From Nitrosospira multiformis ATCC 25196 (lineage in GTDB: Bacteria > Pseudomonadota > Gammaproteobacteria > Burkholderiales > Nitrosomonadaceae): 32,000 nucleotides of DNA. The stretch covers positions 930,001 to 962,000 of the forward strand of contig NC_007614.1 in assembly GCF_000196355.1 (NCBI RefSeq), written 5' to 3'. The translations under genes were made by a program, and so were the position numbers. Within the stretch, counting starts at the first letter, position 1; each line of letters starts with the position of its first letter. Under the pieces are notes generated by a model, which saw only the letters and a program-made list of their open reading frames with translations, ran no database searches and was not told where the DNA came from. Of this stretch, positions 26,926 to 32,000 are shown piece after piece.

Positions 26926-27863
26926 GCTGTTTGCCTCCTTGTACTCATTGCAGAAAGCATTTGATAGGCTGCTTCTGCATCGAGCAGGGGCGGCACTATC
27001 GAAGCGCGTCGTGGTCCGTAGCTTCGGGTAGACAGGAAGCCGCCTTGCATGAAGCTGCCTTGGCGGAAGGTTTGGGGTTGGCGCATGATGGCGAGTTTGA
27101 TCTGTGCAACCGTTGCATCGGGAAATTCCGACCACAACAGCGCGATGGCGCCGGTAACAAAAGGCACGGCCATACTTGTGCCGCTTAAGGTAATGGCCTG
27201 GCCGCCAGAGTCCAGACTGGTGATGTTCTCGCCCGGGGCGCTCAAACCCCGCATGCCGATACTGCCGCCAAGGTTCGATTCATTGATCGGACGGCCACGC
27301 AGATCGCAGGCCACCACAGGAATGACCCAAGGGTGGCGGGTGATGACGGAACCGCCCAAAGTGCCTTGATTGCCGGCTGCCGCAACGATCAATACGCCCT
27401 GCTTTAGCGCCTGAGTGAAGGCTTCATCCAATACCTTCTCTCCCCTGGTGGAAGGTCGCGCCAGGGCAAGGCTTAAGTTGATGACGCGCGCACCCGCGTT
27501 GATACAGTCAAAAATTGCCGTTGCCAGCTCCTGAGGCGTTGCGCTGGGCATGTGCTCACGGCCGAAAGTGGCCTCAGAAAAAATGGGGCGAATGAGCAAG
27601 GTGCAGTTGGGACAGATGGCAGGTGCGGAGGAAGTGCGTCTGGCAGCCAGAATACCGGCGACAAAGGTGCCATGCAGGCACGCTCCGCTATCTGTCTGAG
27701 TGCAACTCGCCGCGTTGCGTCCACCAATCTCCATAAGTTGTCCCTGAACGAGGTCGGCGTGTTGGGTGAAGACAGGGCCGTCGATGAGTCCAATCCTGAC
27801 TTCCGGACTGCCGCTGGTGCGTTGCATCAACGCCGGGAGTTTCACGAGTTCGGTGGGGAGCAA
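26922..27863 (-). CDS. S8 (subtilisin-like) serine peptidase, PatA/PatG-like, no signal peptide or prodomain
   Basis: TTG start 7 nt after AGGAGA. The catalytic residues are readable: D28 (IGLIDGPV), H64 (CLHGTFVAGIL), N165 (AAAGNQG), S230 (LSGTSMAVPFVTG). The C-terminal SIVPPLLDAEAAY tail resembles that subfamily, from memory. Confidence 0.9.
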   Translation of the reverse strand: MLPTELVKLPALMQRTSGSPEVRIGLIDGPVFTQHADLVQGQLMEIGGRNAASCTQTDSGACLHGTFVAGILAARRTSSAPAICPNCTLLIRPIFSEATFGREHMPSATPQELATAIFDCINAGARVINLSLALARPSTRGEKVLDEAFTQALKQGVLIVAAAGNQGTLGGSVITRHPWVIPVVACDLRGRPINESNLGGSIGMRGLSAPGENITSLDSGGQAITLSGTSMAVPFVTGAIALLWSEFPDATVAQIKLAIMRQPQTFRQGSFMQGGFLSTRSYGPRRASIVPPLLDAEAAYQMLSAMSTRRQTA

Positions 27864-27940
27864 AAGCGTTCTCCTGAATCAAAGTTATAACCCTTCGACG
27901 AAGGTTAATTGCTTCAATTTAGGTGATGGAATTCAAGCTG

Positions 27941-28320
27941 TCAAAGCAGATTGGGAACTTCACGGGCCGGAACCAGGAGTCGCATACCCGGGGCTATGCC
28001 ATCGATCATCCTGCGATCACCGCTGCCGTCGATGGTTCTGATGGCCATGCTGGTTGCCAGCATCGCAGTGGGACGCGATATCTCCTTCTCCCAGTCTTCA
28101 CCTGGGGGCTCACGTTTCGAACCCGGGCAATGCGGGCGTTTGACGAAGGGGTCAAAGACCGGTCACAGGAGACAGTTTTCAAGGCAGGAGCGTCCGGATC
28201 ACAAATATTGAACTCACTGCCACCAGAAGAACCTTGCGTGCAAGGAGGTACGGCTACAGTAACGATCTCCGCTCCAATAATGCAGATATCATAGTTGCCA
28301 ATCAACGCTATACCTTTCAT
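27941..28320 (-). pseudogene. uncharacterised ORF immediately upstream of the S8 gene, probably frameshifted
   Basis: ATG 28318-28320 overlaps the upstream stop (ATGA). MKGIALIGNYDICIIGAEIVTVAVPPCTQGSSGGSEFNICDPDAPALKTVSCD is protein-like. The same frame then turns Arg-rich, while another frame gives protein-like ..DPFVKRPHCPGSKREPPGEDWEKEISRPTAMLATSMAIRTIDGSGDRRMIDGIAPGMRLLVPAREVPNLL* ending at 27941. Confidence 0.3.
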
Positions 28321-28709
28321 TTGTTCCTGGCCGAGTTCATGCAAATCTGGACGCCAGTTACGAAAGCGCCACTCGGGAGCAAGGGGGTGAGCTGATCTCC
28401 GATTTTATGCCCCGCGCATTCCGAAAACTTTAATGATGGTTGTGCTTCCCAGGTTGCCACATCCCGATATTTGATTTCCATATAACATGGATCGTCAGAA
28501 TCCTCACCGATAGTCACGCCGTAGATCGACCCATTCGGGGAAGCTGCCTTAGCCAAAGTCCTGTTTGTCGGCGTCTTGCCGGATGTCGAGGCGGAACTGG
28601 ATGATTTAACAAATGCTGAACAGCTGCGCCGGGTGCCGAACTCGTGGGGGAACCTGGTTTGCCTGGCCGTTTCTTGGGCAGTCCGGATCTTGTGGACACG
28701 CTGCTGCAT
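28317..28709 (-). CDS. uncharacterised ORF (130 aa in track), N-terminus uncertain
   Basis: The C-terminal two-thirds look protein-like (SPNGSIYGVTIGEDSDDPCYMEIKYRDVATWEAQPSLKFSECAGHKIGDQLTPLLPSGAFVTGVQICMN). A hydrophobic N-terminal peptide (MIIWIGILLLASSAGS, ATG 28843) lies upstream in a different frame, so the gene may be disrupted. Confidence 0.3.
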   Translation of the reverse strand: MQQRVHKIRTAQETARQTRFPHEFGTRRSCSAFVKSSSSASTSGKTPTNRTLAKAASPNGSIYGVTIGEDSDDPCYMEIKYRDVATWEAQPSLKFSECAGHKIGDQLTPLLPSGAFVTGVQICMNSARNK

Positions 28710-29353
28710 TGCATACGAATCCTGTCCACAGGAGGTGGACTGCTCGGCTATCCAGCGGCTATCTCAACAACCTTTCTCGTCTGTTCCACTGTCACGCTTC
28801 CCGCGCTGCTGGCGAGCAGCAGAATCCCGATCCAAATTATCATAATCCGTCGGCAGCCCCTAATTCTCTCCTGGCAAATCGTGAGAAAGCATCGATGTGG
28901 TTTCGCGATAATCTATGCTCGATACAATCCTTTATATGTACGCTACCGCCCCCGTTTTCCAGGTCCTCGCTTTCGCCGGTTCAAAAGCAGGCATCCAGAC
29001 ATGATTAAATTTTCCATCCCAGATTTAAACCACTGGCTTTAGCTCGTCAGCTTTAGCATCTTCGTGTGTTATTCCCCCTTGTTTTTTGGAAAGCGTGATC
29101 TATTTTTAATAGTGTTTCCTTGCCCCTGACAGAAAAATGGTAAATGGCGGAATTTCTGCGACCAGCAAGGAAATACAGGCGAGCATGAAAAGAATCATCG
29201 GCATGAGAAAGGCGCTATCCACTCAAGGAGGACGCTAATTGCCGCGTGTTGAAAAAGAGCTGTGGGTCGCCTGCTCCATGAGTAACTCCACCAGGAGGGA
29301 AGAAAGGGTCGGTTACGTGATCTTGTTAACTTAACTATTGGTGAGAGGAAAAA

Positions 29354-30139
29354 ATGAAGAAATTAACTCATGCTTTTCTATTGGGAGCAGTACTGCTGGG
29401 CTCCATCGCCGTTATTGCCCAGCAACGTGAAGCTGGTGGAACCACCGGTGATCCGGCAAACCGTGCTGTAAACATTAACCTCGGCAGTACCGGAGGTGCG
29501 CTGGATAATTCCGCCCTGATGACAATTCGCCGGCAGGTCGGCAAGGCCATCTCCTCGGAGGCTGTCGATACTTTTATTGTCTACAGTCCAAAAATCGGTG
29601 GTTCCGTGCAAGTTGAAGGCGGTCTCAACGCCTGCGCGGAAGAAGGGTTCAGCGCGAAACCTAACCAGTTCAGGGAGTTTGTACACAAGTTGCGCGAGAT
29701 TCGTCCACGAACAGGTACCTTCCTGAATATCGAGCTCACAGGCCAGTGTAAACCTGTTGGTTCCGGGGCAGGGGAGGAGAACGTTTGCGGCGGCATTGCT
29801 GGGAAACGTTGTCCCGATGAAAAACAGTACTGTGATTTTGGTGTCGGTCAATGCAAGATCGCGGACGCGCAAGGCACCTGCAAGACAAAACCAAGAAATT
29901 GCACGCGCGAATTCCGGCCCGTTTGCGGCTGCGACGGAAAAACGTACGGGAACGCATGTACAGCGGCAGCTGCAGGAGTATCAATCGTCCATCAGGGTGA
30001 ATGCAAGACTGAGCAGCAAGCGTGTGGGGGAATCGCAGCGATTCCATGCCCCAAAGGCAAAACCTGTGTGGACGATCCTTCCGATGATTGCGACCCCAAA
30101 CAGGGCGGGGCTGACTGTAGCGGCATTTGCGTGAAGTAA
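29354..30139 (+). CDS. secreted Cys-rich protein with a Kazal-type serine-protease-inhibitor domain
   Basis: Signal peptide MKKLTHAFLLGAVLLGSIAVIA-QQ. A Kazal signature lies at residues ~176-217: C-x6-C-TREFR-PVCGCDGKTYGNAC-x15-C. It is flanked by two CGGIA-x3-5-CP..C..C..G.C modules. Confidence 0.85.
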   Translation: MKKLTHAFLLGAVLLGSIAVIAQQREAGGTTGDPANRAVNINLGSTGGALDNSALMTIRRQVGKAISSEAVDTFIVYSPKIGGSVQVEGGLNACAEEGFSAKPNQFREFVHKLREIRPRTGTFLNIELTGQCKPVGSGAGEENVCGGIAGKRCPDEKQYCDFGVGQCKIADAQGTCKTKPRNCTREFRPVCGCDGKTYGNACTAAAAGVSIVHQGECKTEQQACGGIAAIPCPKGKTCVDDPSDDCDPKQGGADCSGICVK

Positions 30140-30157
30140 AGCCTGAAATAGCACTCT

Positions 30158-30733
30158 GTGACTTGCTATTGTTTGGCCGCTGTAAGTGTATCCTTCGCCG
30201 CGCTCGGGATTACGCCATGCTCGCAGGCTTCCGAACCCGTTTCAGCGGAACGTATCGATGCAGCGAGCATGCGGCGCATAGGCACAGTCGATGAGCGGTT
30301 CCAATCTTACAACATCGAAATGATCGAAGTCATCGGTGGAAGATTCTGGAAGCCATACAGGGATATCGACCCTCTTCTCAAGGGGGGTCCTCCGGCGCAC
30401 AATCGAAAAAGAATTCGACAACCCGTGGGTATGAACCCGAATCTGTACCAACAGCGTCCGCCGATTGACCTTGCCAACCTGCGCTTGCACAAGCTCGCAG
30501 CCGCCTTGGGACCTGCTTATGTAAGAGTCACCGGAATGTGGGTCAACAGCGCCTACTTCCACAATTCCGATCAGCTCGCACCGAAGAGGCCTCCAAAAGG
30601 CTTCAGCGGAGTATTAACCCGTCGGCAATGGAAGATCGCGCAGCGGAGACAAGGAGTGGGGGCAACTCGCCTATCACTATCAGAGAGGTCAACCAGACGG
30701 TTGGTCCATGATGCAGACGGGAGACATTCGTGA
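30158..30733 (+). pseudogene. N-terminal fragment of a GH79-like (heparanase/beta-glucuronidase-like) glycoside hydrolase
   Basis: About 155 residues (..VDERFQSYNIEMIEVIGGRFWKPY...LANLRLHKLAAALGPAYVRVTGMWVNSAYF...GFSGVLTRRQW) match my memory of the N-terminus of this ~500-aa family. Similarity then stops in all three frames. The family call is unverified. Confidence 0.4.
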
Positions 30734-31497
30734 GTAATTTTATTGTTGTTGTCTTCCCGACGGAAAAACAGGCAGACGAGGGCAGGAAAGCGCTCAAGGA
30801 ACTTCAGGAGGAAGGCAAGCTTACGATTCATGGGATGGCCATCATCACCAAGCAAACAGATGGCAAGGTCTCGATGAAGGACCAGGCTGACAAAGCGCCC
30901 TTTGGGACGGCGGTAGGGACAGTCGTGGGTAGCCTTATTGGTTTGTTGGGAGGACCAGTGGGGCTTGCCGCAGGCGCAGCTGCAGGTGCTTTTTTAGGAT
31001 ACTCGGTCGATGCTTCCAATTACGGCTTGGGCACGGAGTTCGTTGATGAGGTATCACGGAATTTAACGACCGGAAAGAGCGCGCTGGTCGCCGAGGTTGA
31101 CGAGTATTGGACCGTACCGCTAGATTTGACGATGGAAGCGCTAGGCGGAATCATAGTTCGCCAATGGCGCCTGGATGTGGAACAAGACCTGATTCGGAAT
31201 GATGTCCGCGCTCGCAATGCCGAGCTTTCCCAACTCAAGGCTGAGTATGGGCAAGCCGAGGATGAGCATAAGGCGCGGTTGGAAGTCAGGATCAAGATTG
31301 TCGAGGCCAAACTGAAGGCCGCCTTGGAACGTGAAAAGGCCAAGGTGGAAGCGTTAAAACAGCAAGCAGACGCGAAGATCAAGGCCCTCCAGAAACAGGC
31401 TACAACGGCAAGCCCGGAAACCAGAAACATAATCGAGCAACGGGTCGCAGAAATTCAAGCGGAATCAGAGAAGCTTGCAAAACAGCATGGGACTTAA
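30730..31497 (+). CDS. DUF1269-like membrane protein with C-terminal coiled-coil
   Basis: The GTG start overlaps the preceding stop. The N-terminus IVVVFPTEKQADEGRKALKELQEEGKLTIHGMAIITKQTDGKV, a Gly-zipper TM segment (GTVVGSLIGLLGGPVGLAAGAAAGAFLG) and a second alpha/beta half fit the DUF1269 layout. About 90 residues of Lys/Glu/Ala coiled-coil follow. Confidence 0.7.
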   Translation: MSNFIVVVFPTEKQADEGRKALKELQEEGKLTIHGMAIITKQTDGKVSMKDQADKAPFGTAVGTVVGSLIGLLGGPVGLAAGAAAGAFLGYSVDASNYGLGTEFVDEVSRNLTTGKSALVAEVDEYWTVPLDLTMEALGGIIVRQWRLDVEQDLIRNDVRARNAELSQLKAEYGQAEDEHKARLEVRIKIVEAKLKAALEREKAKVEALKQQADAKIKALQKQATTASPETRNIIEQRVAEIQAESEKLAKQHGT

Positions 31498-31809
31498 AGC
31501 ACAGGCTCAGAATAGGTTCGTCTTGGCGTGATTGACCGAGCGTTTGAAAAACTGCCGACGAGGTAACTCACCACCTTCTTATTCATACAAGTCTCTTTCT
31601 GCGAGTGCTTGATTTGCTCGCTATTTTGTTGCGCTATTAGCAGACCCCTTTCCAAGGTGTGTCACCGAACGGACGGGAAGATGCCACGGCCCCTATAACT
31701 GCTTCCATCATTCAAGTTTCAACCGCGCTTCGATTTTGAGCTGAGCGTGACTTTAAAGTGCAAAGTAAGTGTGCTTTGCTACCTTCTACCATCCCAGGAG
31801 GAGAAAAAG

Positions 31810-32000
31810 ATGTCGGAAAAAGGGGAAATAGTTGTATTGGGATTCAGGGATCCCGAAGAGGCCGATCGCGTTTTATCCAGGCTTTATATGCTGCCCAGGG
31901 AATATCTGGCCGGTGAGGATGCGGTGGTCGTAGTGCGGGACGAGACAGGCTATGTTCATATCAAGCAAGGCAGCGATCTTGTCAAAACCGGGGCGAAGGA
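31810..32000 (+). CDS. second DUF1269-like protein, 5' part only (runs off the window)
   Basis: AGGAGGA RBS followed by ATG 31810. The product MSEKGEIVVLGFRDPEEADRVLSRLYMLPREYLAGEDAVVVRDETGYVHIKQGSDLVKTGAK.. shows the same N-terminal pattern as 30730-31497. It is absent from the ORF track because no stop falls in the window. Confidence 0.6.
   Translation, partial: MSEKGEIVVLGFRDPEEADRVLSRLYMLPREYLAGEDAVVVVRDETGYVHIKQGSDLVKTGAK

Noticed and set aside
26926-27135. N-terminal 70-codon extension of the 142-aa ORF 26707-27135
   Set aside because: The extension overlaps the S8 protease gene in another frame and is Arg/Pro-rich. The internal ATG at 26925 forms an ATGA junction with the S8 stop and gives a compact 72-aa product.
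29378-29872. 164-aa minus-strand ORF
   Set aside because: It is antisense to the Kazal-domain gene, which has an RBS, a signal peptide and a diagnostic Cys pattern.

Overview
The window looks like a proteobacterial chromosome segment; a betaproteobacterial, Nitrosomonadales-like origin is only a guess from the his-operon layout. Positions 104-5671 (minus strand) hold an intact hisG-hisD-hisC-hisB-hisH-hisA block. From about 5.9 kb onward the content is accessory and heavily decayed. It contains two intact IS5-family elements with programmed -1 frameshift sites, an internally deleted derivative of one IS, and a truncated remnant related to the other. It also contains signalling paralogs: two CheY-like receivers, a soluble histidine kinase plus a duplicated 3' fragment of it, a PAS-GGDEF-EAL protein, and a wrecked receiver-GGDEF gene. 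At least ten genes carry nonsense or frameshift lesions, including csp, parE-like, vapC-like, a RelE/HigB-like toxin with its HTH antitoxin, a secreted protein, and a GH79-like fragment. The most interesting locus is an intact-looking, tightly coupled minus-strand cassette at 25112-27863. It encodes a leaderless PatA/PatG-like S8 serine protease, a 72-aa PCGGC-motif mini-protein, a 335-aa protein resembling the non-catalytic accessory domain of PatA/PatG-type proteases, and a 160-aa protein. The 160-aa protein has 12 Cys, a GxxxG-rich hydrophobic core and a 29-residue Gly tract encoded by tandem DNA repeats. Its stop codon overlaps (GTGA) the start of the decayed toxin-antitoxin pair. A secreted Kazal-type serine-protease-inhibitor protein lies 1.5 kb away. 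I propose this as a candidate uncharacterised RiPP/bacteriocin-like system. A separate notable signal is an array of NTCAC(A/G) hexamers at an exact 11-bp period upstream of an outer-membrane beta-barrel gene. All homology statements come from reading the translations by eye and from memory of protein families; no searches were run.
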